Positions 23,935 to 36,112 of a stretch of 64,000 nucleotides of DNA are shown piece by piece. The number at the start of each line of letters is the position of its first letter. The first letter of the stretch is position 1. This stretch comes from Botryllus schlosseri. Its lineage: Eukaryota. The position numbers and the translations under genes were made by a program. The stretch lies in NCBI GenBank assembly GCA_051294905.1, contig CM119372.1, positions 28,646,001 to 28,710,000 of the forward strand, in the 5' to 3' direction. A model generated the notes under the pieces. It was not told where the DNA came from. It saw only the letters and a list, made by a program, of their open reading frames with translations, and ran no database searches.

Positions 23935-26900
23935 CCTTTGGCGGAATTCTGTTTGGTTCGTCTGTACAGGTGTTATTAGTGCGACCAGATTTGGCACCTC
24001 GAGGAGGATATTGGTAAAAACCGTATCACACAACGAGGACAATAACTTTACCGGTCAACAATGTACGTAAATCAGCTGTGTTCAATCGAGCGTGACACAA
24101 TCGATGTCAGCCATCAATCTGCGGCTTGATAAAACCCGCGTTTTCGGGTTGACAGCAACACAATGCGATCCATTCGATATCACTATCGACCCTCCTATTT
24201 TAATATAGGGTTACCATGAGGCCTCCTTTAGGGGAGCATATGTCCTCCATTTCCCAGATATGTCACCCAATTCACCCAAATGTACTCTCTTTCTGTCAGT
24301 TTGTCCTCCTTGTTAGCTCAACATCTCCAAAAAAGCACCACGAGTAACGCAAAATGTGGGCCTAGATTACAAAAGTCGGGTACGTGGCCAAATCGGAAAA
24401 ATGACGCTATGATGGTATTGTGCAGGCTATTACGTGGATACGGGGGCCTGTGTAAACATGTGAATAGTAAAAGCGCTCCAAACTACCGTGAAAAAAGATC
24501 GAGCGCATTAGACCATGTCGGGGCCACCTTAGTACAGTCAAATGATCCCATGTCGTATCGAGAATAGCCGGGGCGGTGGTGGTACATCATTCTCACAAGA
24601 TGTACTTTGGAATGCGTGTGAAATCGTCTTCGTCCGCTACTCGACTAAAGCAGAATATAGCTTTGAAGTACTCAAGTAGCTTTAAAGGAAATGTCGTGAA
24701 ATCGCTTTCTATCCTAATGATAAAGAGTAGGCCCCCCATAAATCTATCGAGCCAAAATGTAGTTTCAAAGCAATCCAGTAATTTGTAAATCTTACGGGTT
24801 GAACGGTGTGTTCATTGACTAGAGAGAAGGAGACACGACGGTGCCTGTATAACAAGGCTGTTCTCAAACCGACATTGTCTTCGTTATTATCGGCGAGATA
24901 TGGCTTTGCAGTGACATTGCGGTCGGTAAAATACATTGATTAAATACGATTTATCCCTCGTATATGGGGATCAATGGGCGAATAATGTATCGATTCAGCA
25001 ATTCGGCATGCCAAGTACTTAATTTTCTCCGGCCCGCCGACCGAAGGAGTTGCCCGCCCCCCTTGTATAACACATATGTAGATGATACAATAGCGACAGC
25101 TAGCGGTTGTCAATCATCCATAAAAATACTAACCAGTAATACAGCCCTCAAGGAAAACAACAATCCGGGGAGATACGTCAAGTGTATTTCAGATACATCG
25201 TCTGTAGACCTCCAATTGCGGAGAACACTGGAGCAGCTGAAGCACTGTGTTCTGTCTAGGTCACCGAGATAAAGCTTGTTTTGCCAACTCGCCGACCGTC
25301 CGTGGTATGGGATAGCTGGGTCATTTCTCAAAGGTTCAGTACTCTCCGTATTTTGAGGTTATTGCACAATCTATCTCTAATATGCTGTAATATAGACAGG
25401 TCCAGACTTGTCTATTCACTTCCGTAGACTGACCTTTATAACACATTTTACACAATTAAATACACATGTTCAGTTTATTTGAAGTAATAACGGGCAAGCA
25501 CATTAACTAATCGTCCAGAACAAGGTGTAGAGCTTCTTTCAGATCTTGGCATACTTTCTTGATATCAGAATCTTTTTTTTGATTTGCGATGTAAAAGCAA
25601 TACCAGCTTCGCATACATGAGCATATGATTGCGTATAAACCGATATTGAAGTCTTCTGAGAGCATCTTCATTATTCTCCAGTCTACACAATATTATTTTC
25701 CTCTTAGTACGTTATGTCTCTCAATCCAACAGAACAGTTGAATTGCTATTCGAAGGTATCTGATACAGACAACTGTAAACTAATTCTTTAAGTTTGTTCA
25801 TCGTAGCGTAACGACCATTTTTACGAATCCATAACTGTATCATTTGATATCGTTGCTCAGTTAAGGTATAGCAATCCATGTATTGGCATTCGGCAATTTC
25901 ATTGTCAGATAGCTCAAGTTTTTCACGTGCAAACCTATACCAGTTCATCGGGTCAATCCGATCCATTATGACGTATATATCACTAGCAGTAATCTTGGAC
26001 ATATTCGATCTATAGTGTACAGCGAATAATCATGTAATAAATATTACACGTTATATATTGCCTTGCACTCGGTTCAACTACAATAACAAATAAGGCGATC
26101 AACTTACGCAATAATGACGTAATCATATCTCAGCGTTACTGAAACCAAGCAAAGCCGCTCTCGTAATAACTAGAGTAATCAACTATACGCAATCATAATG
26201 ACGTAATCATTACTGCACATGCTTGAACTGCAATACGCAATCATAATGAAGAATATATACGTATATATCAATTTCTGCAACTTTTTAATTTTGCTCGCAC
26301 TGTACACGATTTCATGTAGATAAATGTTTTGATTATTAGGCACCCTTCCTTCACAAAAAATACGCATCATTTATGAGAGTAGGAATCTAAGCGTTGGCCA
26401 TTACCACGCCAAGAGGTAAGAAGACATATGAAGTTTGGGCCATCATGGGCCTCATAGAAGAGTGCCAAAAAGATCGTCAGCGAGAAAACATGGGTCGAAA
26501 AGGATTGCCCTTATGTTGACCGTAAACTTCGATATAAATGTATTTGTATGGGTGTCTAAAGTGCTGGCACCGAATAATTATGTCGTGGTAATCTGGACCC
26601 CACAGGGCAACTGACATCCCACCCCGAATTATTATTTAACAGTGAAGAAATACCAATTTTGAATCGTGCGCTTCTTTTAGTTTAGTAGTCTGTGTATAGG
26701 CGAGTTCAATATCTTTTGATTACATACCGCACATGGGAAGTCGGACTGAGAGGATACAAAATTTATAGCAATATACACGCAATTATCAATATTATTGACC
26801 TAATCAATCATTAATTATACAGTCATTTCACCAGGTCCACGTGGTCGCATCTGAATGGAGACCGGATAGGTCAAAAGTGCTACATTCGGTCAAAGTGGCG

Positions 26901-27592
26901 AACATACCGCCTGGTTATCAAGTGTTTTTATGTATGATCGACCCCCACTGTCTAGCGAGACGAGCAGGATTTTGGTGTCTGATTATTAATGTCGTAAGAG
27001 TGTGGTAAATCCATTTACAAACTACTTTACACATTTCAAAATCCCAACACCCGAAAAGTAAGTAGCTAAAACGGTTGAAGCGGAGGTAGTCTGAAACACA
27101 ACGACTCATATAGCACAGATGGACAAATCCTAATCGAGTACATCGGATAGAGTTGCATCCTTGAAATCGTTATTTCCTCAACAAATCGATACAAGAATGG
27201 ATCTGCATGGGAATAAACATGAATATGTTCTGATGACACTCGTTATGGAAAGCTAAATTCGCCTGCCCCACATCCCCAACAGAACATATTGACAATTAAT
27301 ATCAGCCATATACTACAGAAATACCCATTTACTCGAATGGTACCATGTCTGAAATACTGTAGTGTAGGCGAATCAGCGTCTACTGATCCTGACAGTCACC
27401 GTTTAAACAGGTTTTTGCCGGGTCAACTGTGATCGGACACGGTTCATCCGCTACTTGCAGACTTATACGCGCGGGGGGTTGAAAAAAAAATGGCTCGGAT
27501 GCTATGTCAGCTCAGGGCGACAATTCGAAGTTTTAAACGATACGGTTGGTACGTAAAGCCTCGTTATTCCCGCGTATTGTGAGGGTAAAACC
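23935..27592 (+). repeat. Outer element left inverted arm, part 2
   Basis: Reverse complement of 29718-33374 (ORF 24964..25272+ mirrors 32038..32346-; 26918..27109- mirrors 30201..30392+). Match ends at GAGGGTAAAACC / GGTTTTACCCTC. Confidence 0.95.
25721..26002 (-). CDS. Death-domain-only protein (93 aa)
   Basis: ATG-initiated ORF with the death-domain pattern W..FAR..L.LSDNEI...L.EQ.YQM...W..KNG..AT...L...; TATA box ~50 bp upstream. Confidence 0.8.
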   Translation of the reverse strand: MSKITASDIYVIMDRIDPMNWYRFAREKLELSDNEIAECQYMDCYTLTEQRYQMIQLWIRKNGRYATMNKLKELVYSCLYQIPSNSNSTVLLD

Positions 27593-28234
27593 GATGCTAA
27601 AATAAGTCGTCGGAAGGGTATACCGAAAGCCTCTTTGCACTGCGGGTGAACTTATCGCATAGCATTTCACAGCTCTGCGGCGTAATTTAACTGTCTAGCG
27701 CTGTGGACGGTCCATTTTGTCTGCTAATTGGGGGCCATAAACGACCGAGTGAAACAAATAGTTTGGGGTATATGCGGATATGATTAGGAAACAACACGCT
27801 GAATGACTTGGGAATCTCAACTCGACAAAGGATCGTCGCGACGGGGGACCTGCAAAAACGTCCCAGACACCCTGAATCCCGCTAATGTAGGCGCTGACAG
27901 AGCATAATTTTCCCTGCTACGGGTGTAATCTAGATAAAGCATGATTTTTTCCTATATGTCTGTAATCTATATAAAGCATAGTGCTCCCTAGATACCAGGC
28001 GTGGGGGATCACGAATCACCAAGTGTTTTTATACATTGAGAAATGATCGAGCTATTTTTATACCCGAGGTAGTCATTCAGAGACATGCAGGCTTATTCGT
28101 ATAGACTCTCTATAGTGTAGCATCTATCTGATTCGGGGATAAGTAAATGCTTTGTCCACGCTCAAACTGAGGATGCTTTGAATTTGTATCTTACTCATGT
28201 TATTATTCACCCTCCAGGAAATATTTATAGTACG

Positions 28235-28741
28235 ATGGAGTCTAATAAATGCCGTATTTGTGCGCGGGAATTCACAAGAAAATGCAACCTCAAAAGTCAT
28301 TTACTATGGCACACTGGTGTTAAAGAACATGAATGCTTGATATGCGGACGATGGTTTCTTGCCAAACAGAACCTACATGCCCATTTGGCTGTACACTCGG
28401 GGGTGAAACCGTACGATTGTGAAGTATGTGGTCGTTTTTTTGCCCGAAAATACACCATGGAAGTTCATTTGGCCACACATACTGGCGTAGAAAGATTCGA
28501 GTGTGGGGTGTGTGGTAAGCTTCTGTCGGGGAAGAATGGGCTGAAAAAACACCTAGAAACACACTTTGGAATTGGAAAATACTCGTGTCAGGTGTGTGGG
28601 AGACTGTTTCCTCACCAATGCGGGTTAGAAACTCACCTCCAGGCTCCCGTGGGACTGAGAAAATATCCATGCGGTGTTTGCGGTAAAGCTTTTGGTTCGC
28701 AAGCAAATCTTCACAGACACGAGACTACTCCCTTTGTGTGA
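28235..28741 (+). CDS. Tandem C2H2 (Kruppel-type) zinc-finger protein, 168 aa from first ATG
   Basis: Six CxxC units with TGVKEHE/SGVKPYD/TGVERFE linkers; fingers 1-4 have both His, fingers 5-6 lack the last His. A pyrimidine-rich CCCTCCAG at ~28210-28217 suggests an upstream intron, so the true start could lie in another exon. Confidence 0.9.
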   Translation: MESNKCRICAREFTRKCNLKSHLLWHTGVKEHECLICGRWFLAKQNLHAHLAVHSGVKPYDCEVCGRFFARKYTMEVHLATHTGVERFECGVCGKLLSGKNGLKKHLETHFGIGKYSCQVCGRLFPHQCGLETHLQAPVGLRKYPCGVCGKAFGSQANLHRHETTPFV

Positions 28742-28769
28742 GCCGATCGTATTTCAATATGAGTGTACC

Positions 28770-28812
28770 AATAAATATTTTTTTCGCGTCTGTATAATTC
28801 TGTGTTGTTTGT
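28770..28812 (+). terminator. Polyadenylation signal of the zinc-finger gene
   Basis: AATAAA at 28770-28775, ~30 bp after the stop, followed by T- and GT-rich downstream sequence (TGTGTTGTTTGT). Confidence 0.6.
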
Positions 28813-31060
28813 CCGAGGCTTCTATGTTGGTGTTTTAATCATTTAGTGGGGGCAGAGATAAAAGAGTCGATATTACAATAGACACGACTCGTCCTAGTCG
28901 AGTATTAGAAACCACCATGAAAGCAGGTCAACTTTATGTGACAGTTTTGATAACACCAATACTACAAAATACCATTTATCGTCTGACGGTGAAAGATGGG
29001 GATTTGCGAATAGGGGCTGGTTGCAATACCACACGAGTAAATACACAGAGAGAGTCTTTATTTTAAACAAACCAAAATACGTAACAAACGGCAGTGATGG
29101 TGGTACAGAAAATATACTTTGCACAGTATTCGGTACTAGATGGGAATGATCGACAAGACCGTGAAGGTCATCTAGTCTGATCACACAGTGTAAAGAGGCT
29201 TTCGGTATACCCTTCCGAAACGTATAGTTACGGGGCATGGACGGGCGCCCGGGAGACATACCTTATTAGTAATTTTACCGTACGACTTATTTTAGCATCG
29301 GGTGATTTTAATACCCTTTCGAAGATGTCGTGTTTTATTTGACGAAGTCAGAGGTTTGTTTCACACGGTGTGATTACGAGTGATAAATTGTAAACATAAT
29401 AGCACACAGCAGCTGACGGGTCGCGGTGCGGGACAATAAAGACGGTTACCGTGCGAGACGTACAAGCCACCATAACTACACAGAGGTCGTCAGCAATGCC
29501 GCTACTTTTTTCCGGGTACTCGATTCTGTCTACTCGCACTGCACCAAGTTATCAATGTGGCTAGCCTTCTTTAGGAAGCCACTTACTTTTACTAGTTTAT
29601 AAAAGTTTAGCGACCCCCTCCGTATCATGCGACGATAGCTGGAGCTGTTAGGCTTGACTAGAGTTGACCACGATTCGGGCACGCATTTTCATCGGCTCGA
29701 TGTGGAACTGTCTTAAAGGTTTTACCCTCACAATACGCGGGAATAACGAGGCTTTACGTACCAACCGTATCGTTTAAAACTTCGAATTGTCGCCCTGAGC
29801 TGACATAGCATCCGAGCCATTTTTTTTTCAACCCCCCGCGCGTATAAGTCTGCAAGTAGCGGATGAACCGTGTCCGATCACAGTTGACCCGGCAAAAACC
29901 TGTTTAAACGGTGACTGTCAGGATCAGTAGACGCTGATTCGCCTACACTACAGTATTTCAGACATGGTACCATTCGAGTAAATGGGTATTTCTGTAGTAT
30001 ATGGCTGATATTAATTGTCAATATGTTCTGTTGGGGATGTGGGGCAGGCGAATTTAGCTTTCCATAACGAGTGTCATCAGAACATATTCATGTTTATTCC
30101 CATGCAGATCCATTCTTGTATCGATTTGTTGAGGAAATAACGATTTCAAGGATGCAACTCTATCCGATGTACTCGATTAGGATTTGTCCATCTGTGCTAT
30201 ATGAGTCGTTGTGTTTCAGACTACCTCCGCTTCAACCGTTTTAGCTACTTACTTTTCGGGTGTTGGGATTTTGAAATGTGTAAAGTAGTTTGTAAATGGA
30301 TTTACCACACTCTTACGACATTAATAATCAGACACCAAAATCCTGCTCGTCTCGCTAGACAGTGGGGGTCGATCATACATAAAAACACTTGATAACCAGG
30401 CGGTATGTTCGCCACTTTGACCGAATGTAGCACTTTTGACCTATCCGGTCTCCATTCAGATGCGACCACGTGGACCTGGTGAAATGACTGTATAATTAAT
30501 GATTGATTAGGTCAATAATATTGATAATTGCGTGTATATTGCTATAAATTTTGTATCCTCTCAGTCCGACTTCCCATGTGCGGTATGTAATCAAAAGATA
30601 TTGAACTCGCCTATACACAGACTACTAAACTAAAAGAAGCGCACGATTCAAAATTGGTATTTCTTCACTGTTAAATAATAATTCGGGGTGGGATGTCAGT
30701 TGCCCTGTGGGGTCCAGATTACCACGACATAATTATTCGGTGCCAGCACTTTAGACACCCATACAAATACATTTATATCGAAGTTTACGGTCAACATAAG
30801 GGCAATCCTTTTCGACCCATGTTTTCTCGCTGACGATCTTTTTGGCACTCTTCTATGAGGCCCATGATGGCCCAAACTTCATATGTCTTCTTACCTCTTG
30901 GCGTGGTAATGGCCAACGCTTAGATTCCTACTCTCATAAATGATGCGTATTTTTTGTGAAGGAAGGGTGCCTAATAATCAAAACATTTATCTACATGAAA
31001 TCGTGTACAGTGCGAGCAAAATTAAAAAGTTGCAGAAATTGATATATACGTATATATTCT

Positions 31061-31260
31061 TCATTATGATTGCGTATTGCAGTTCAAGCATGTGCAGTAA
31101 TGATTACGTCATTATGATTGCGTATAGTTGATTACTCTAGTTATTACGAGAGCGGCTTTGCTTGGTTTCAGTAACGCTGAGATATGATTACGTCATTATT
31201 GCGTAAGTTGATCGCCTTATTTGTTATTGTAGTTGAACCGAGTGCAAGGCAATATATAAC
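31061..31260 (+). promoter_or_regulatory. Putative promoter of the death-domain gene (mirror at ~26050-26249 on minus strand)
   Basis: TGATTACGTCATTAT twice (31101-31115, 31185-31199), ATTGCGTA three times, TATATAA at 31253-31259, ATG at 31308. Confidence 0.5.
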
Positions 31261-31307
31261 GTGTAATATTTATTACATGATTATTCGCTGTACACTATAG
31301 ATCGAAT

Positions 31308-31589
31308 ATGTCCAAGATTACTGCTAGTGATATATACGTCATAATGGATCGGATTGACCCGATGAACTAGTATAGGTTTGCACGTGAAAAACTTGAGCTA
31401 TCTGACAATGAAATTGCCGAATGCCAATACATGGATTGCTATACCTTAACTGAGCAACGATATCAAATGATACAGTTATGGATTCGTAAAAATGGTCGTT
31501 ACGCTACGATGAACAAACTTAAAGAATTAGTTTACAGTTGTCTGTATCAGATACCTTCGAATAGCAATTCAACTGTTCTGTTGGATTGA
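31308..31589 (+). pseudogene. Mirror copy of death-domain gene with nonsense mutation W21*
   Basis: ATG at 31308; codon 21 (31368-31370) is TAG where the left-arm copy has TGG; otherwise matches. Confidence 0.85.
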
Positions 31590-34500
31590 GAGACATAACG
31601 TACTAAGAGGAAAATAATATTGTGTAGACTGGAGAATAATGAAGATGCTCTCAGAAGACTTCAATATCGGTTTATACGCAATCATATGCTCATGTATGCG
31701 AAGCTGGTATTGCTTTTACATCGCAAATCAAAAAAAAGATTCTGATATCAAGAAAGTATGCCAAGATCTGAAAGAAGCTCTACACCTTGTTCTGGACGAT
31801 TAGTTAATGTGCTTGCCCGTTATTACTTCAAATAAACTGAACATGTGTATTTAATTGTGTAAAATGTGTTATAAAGGTCAGTCTACGGAAGTGAATAGAC
31901 AAGTCTGGACCTGTCTATATTACAGCATATTAGAGATAGATTGTGCAATAACCTCAAAATACGGAGAGTACTGAACCTTTGAGAAATGACCCAGCTATCC
32001 CATACCACGGACGGTCGGCGAGTTGGCAAAACAAGCTTTATCTCGGTGACCTAGACAGAACACAGTGCTTCAGCTGCTCCAGTGTTCTCCGCAATTGGTG
32101 GTCTACAGACGATGTATCTGAAATACACTTGACGTATCTCCCCGGATTGTTGTTTTCCTTGAGGGCTGTATTACTGGTTAGTATTTTTATGGATGATTGA
32201 CAACCGCTAGCTGTCGCTATTGTATCATCTACATATGTGTTATACAAGGGGGGCGGGCAACTCCTTCGGTCGGCGGGCCGGAGAAAATTAAGTACTTGGC
32301 ATGCCGAATTGCTGAATCGATACATTATTCGCCCATTGATCCCCATATACGAGGGATAAATCGTATTTAATCAATGTATTTTACCGACCGCAATGTCACT
32401 GCAAAGCCATATCTCGCCGATAATAACGAAGACAATGTCGGTTTGAGAACAGCCTTGTTATACAGGCACCGTCGTGTCTCCTTCTCTCTAGTCAATGAAC
32501 ACACCGTTCAACCCGTAAGATTTACAAATTACTGGATTGCTTTGAAACTACATTTTGGCTCGATAGATTTATGGGGGGCCTACTCTTTATCATTAGGATA
32601 GAAAGCGATTTCACGACATTTCTTTTAAAGCTACTTGAGTACTTCAAAGCTATATTCTGCTTTAGTCGAGTAGCGGACGAAGACGATTTCACACGCATTC
32701 CAAAGTACATCTTGTGAGAATGATGTACCACCACCGCCCCGGCTATTCTCGATACGACATGGGATCATTTGACTGTACTAAGGTGGCCCCGACATGGTCT
32801 AATGCGCTCGATCTTTTTTCACGGTAGTTTGGAGCGCTTTTACTATTCACATGTTTACACAGGCCCCGTATCCACGTAATAGCCTGCACAATACCATCAT
32901 AGCGTCATTTTTCCGATTTGGCCACGTACCCGACTTTTGTAATCTAGGCCCACATTTTGCGTTACTCGTGGTGCTTTTTTGGAGATGTTGAGCTAACAAG
33001 GAGGACAAACTGACAGAAAGAGAGTACATTTGGGTGAATTGGGTGACATATCTGGGAAATGGAGGACATATGCTCCCCTAAAGGAGGCCTCATGGTAACC
33101 CTATATTAAAATAGGAGGGTCGATAGTGATATCGAATGGATCGCATTGTGTTGCTGTCAACCCGAAAACGCGGGTTTTATCAAGCCGCAGATTGATGGCT
33201 GACATCGATTGTGTCACGCTCGATTGAACACAGCTGATTTACGTACATTGTTGACCGGTAAAGTTATTGTCCTCGTTGTGTGATACGGTTTTTACCAATA
33301 TCCTCCTCGAGGTGCCAAATCTGGTCGCACTAATAACACCTGTACAGACGAACCAAACAGAATTCCGCCAAAGGGTCGATACCAAGTCTCCTTGTACGTA
33401 AATTATTATACAACGACACCTATATTACAGCAGAACAATCTTGTCTGGACGGAGGAGGTCACGAAACATCTTCGGACCCGGGGCAGATTTCATCAGTTTT
33501 CAGCGAAGCCAGTCTGGATGCGGCCAAATGGCCCTGAGAGTCGGATTTATGCTATATTTTACCCTCACAACATATGGAAATAACAGGACTTTACGAGCCA
33601 GCCGGATTTTTTGGACTTTGATTTAGCAACCCTATAGTCGCAGTGGATTCCGATTTCGAAATCTCCCCCTCTACTTTACACCTCACCTCAGGCTATAGAT
33701 CGTATCAGGTATGATCTGTCACAATTCATTCCCATTATTGCACCACCGAGCGCGTTTCAGCCAAATAAGGTCAGTCCACCCCGATGAAGCGAGCTACCCC
33801 GATTCGTTTCGCGGACAATTGAAATAACATCGTACTCGCAGTTACCGAGCGGAAAATACAAGGCCCGAAGGCGTGACACAGCAATTCTCTGACGGTAACA
33901 CTCTGCCGAGTCAATATATCCGTAGTATGATGCTGCAAATATGCTTGGAGGTGTTGGCATAACATGTGTTGAGGATATGTTTCGATCCTCGGCACAGCAG
34001 GATGGATCACAAAACAAAATGGCGCTATGCAGTCTACGCGGCCGCATGTCATTTTCGACAGCGAGATTGATTATCGTGAATTAGGTCTTGGACAAAGCAC
34101 CGATAGCAGCGCGTCGTATAATATCCGAGCTAAGTAGTTATAGTATACTATAAACCTGATCCTCGCACCGCCAACGAGCCGTAACCACAATTCTAATACC
34201 GCAACAATCCATACACAATAATACACCATACCGGGAGCTTTCAAAATACCAGTTGACGGGCTTCGATCGATTGTCGACACGTGATGATTTAAATCAGCCT
34301 GATTTAAACCAGAACCCTAAGTATGATGCAAATATGCTTGGAGGTATTGGCATAGCATGTGTTGAGGATATATTTACGACACATACGTGAACACAACTGA
34401 CTGTCTGTAGCGAAATTTGTCGACTTCGAGCGATAGGGCGTGGCTGCCGAAGCAATAGTTCCTTAGTATGATATTGTAAATATGCGTGGAGGTGTTGCCA

Positions 34501-36029
34501 TAACAAGTGTTGAGGATATGTTACGATACACGCGAACACAACTGATTGTCTGCAGCGAAATGAGTCGCCCTCGAACGGCAAGTGCGTGGTGAGCTCGTGA
34601 TCGATATGTGTATGTTACAGACGGGCAAAGCATTAGTTCGCCAACAGTTCGATTCAAGTTGTATATCATGTACAGCATACAAAATTAATATCCCGTGGTA
34701 AATTGAATATCATTTGCAGACACCGGGATGATTACGCTTGACCAACCGTGAAGCAGTAAAAAGAACCCATCATAAATACATTGTTTTACTCGGGACTGTC
34801 TGTCCTTATGAATACGCTAGAACGAGGTATAGGTATTGAACAGCCACATTTGTTGCTTGCACCGATTACTAGGTACGTAATACCAGGGGTTAACATGTTG
34901 ATGCGAGCAAAATTGAGAATCAGCTATTTGCTCAATTACTTATTGTATTTATAATGCTAATTTATTTAAGTTAATCTATGTCGGGTCGCCTAATACACAT
35001 TTCTACTACGACATTCATTCTCATTCTCGATATGACTCGAAATGGTATACATATTTATAATCGTAACAGATCGTTTCTCGTTACTGTCTGGGTCGATAAC
35101 AAAGTAAAAAAGGGTTCAAGTACAACAGTACACAAGACACAGACCACAAGCGTCACTTTACATAGCCGAACGTATGGACACCTAAAACACGCACCAGGAT
35201 CTCATGGATCAGAAGAAACTATACTGACGTCACGACCGGTAATTATGACCCACCGTACACGAAATTGAATCAACCGCGGAACGACAAGTCAACCAGCTTG
35301 ACGCTCTATTGTTCCCGAGCCACGAAATTGGACCACGGAATGACAGGTCAGGGCAGGCAACTATGGTCAAGCCCCGTCGTACACGACCGAAGTCAGCACC
35401 GGCAATTATTCCCATGCCCCACCGTACATGAAATCGAGTCAACCACGGGACGACAAGTCAGCCAGGGGGTTTGACGGGGAATTATTCCCAAGACACGTCA
35501 CGAAATTGGACCACAAAACGATAGGTCAGGACGATATGTCGTCAGGCAACTATTACCAAGCCCCGTCGCGTATGACCGGAGTCAGCTGTAATTTCATGTC
35601 CTTGGCCAGAGGTCGAGCGAGGTTGTTACGAGTCCAGTATGACACAGGCTGTGGACGTCGCTTTGCCCAGCCGAGCGTATCGTCGGCGTGCATACCATTG
35701 AAATTAAAAGCCGATCCATTGTTATTCGAGGGAAAATATAATAAATACTCAATACACAAGTCTCGTGTCCAGAGATCAAGCGAGGTAAGGAGTGGAAAAG
35801 TACAAGTAGAATGACTCCAGTACAAAGGTCAATCCAGATTCTTTGTTCGTTTTCTCTCAGTCCCCCCTATTGCCGCACAGTCAGAAGGGAATTCCCCTCG
35901 AGTATTGCTGCAAAACTGAGAATGAGCTAATTCTTACACTGTTTATTATCTTGATAATGTTTGTTTGTTCTTTATAAATCGCGAATGGGCACCTTCCGCA
36001 CATTTCTCTAACTACTTCCATGCTACAAG

Positions 36030-36112
36030 TCGACGTTACGGAATCCAAAATAAGAAATATCGGCCTGGTGTAAATGACCATTATAGTTGACAAACACCAT
36101 GATTACCACAAA
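36030..36112 (+). mobile_element. SINE 3' fragment
   Basis: GAAATATCGGCCTGGTGTAAATGACC...ACAAACACCATG matches the SINE body. Confidence 0.65.

Larger units (their letters stand above)
4613..36016. mobile_element. Giant non-autonomous Polinton/Maverick-like foldback element (outer); 14,724 bp after removing the nested insertion
   Basis: Begins AGTAGTTAGAGAAATG at 4613 and ends CATTTCTCTAACTACT at 36016; flanked by 6-bp direct repeat TCCATG (4607-4612, 36017-36022). Mirror ORF pairs have constant coordinate sums (40629 and ~57310). AGTAGT termini with 6-bp TSD are Polinton hallmarks. No Polinton core genes seen. Confidence 0.85.
29718..36016 (-). repeat. Outer element right inverted arm (6,299 bp, uninterrupted)
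   Basis: Contiguous reverse complement of 4613-7254 plus 23935-27592; carries a single copy of the GTATCGAC target (as GTCGATAC at 33375-33382), i.e. the empty site. Confidence 0.95.

Noticed and set aside
4613..36016. Palindromes as assembly or fold-back read artefacts
   Set aside because: Both palindromes have perfect TSDs, unique spacers and arm-specific substitutions, and one has a single-arm insertion with its own TSD; artefacts would not produce these. Read support is still desirable.
4613..36016. Autonomous Polinton or LTR retrotransposon
   Set aside because: No long ORFs for pPolB, integrase, capsid or gag-pol; the repeats are inverted, not direct.
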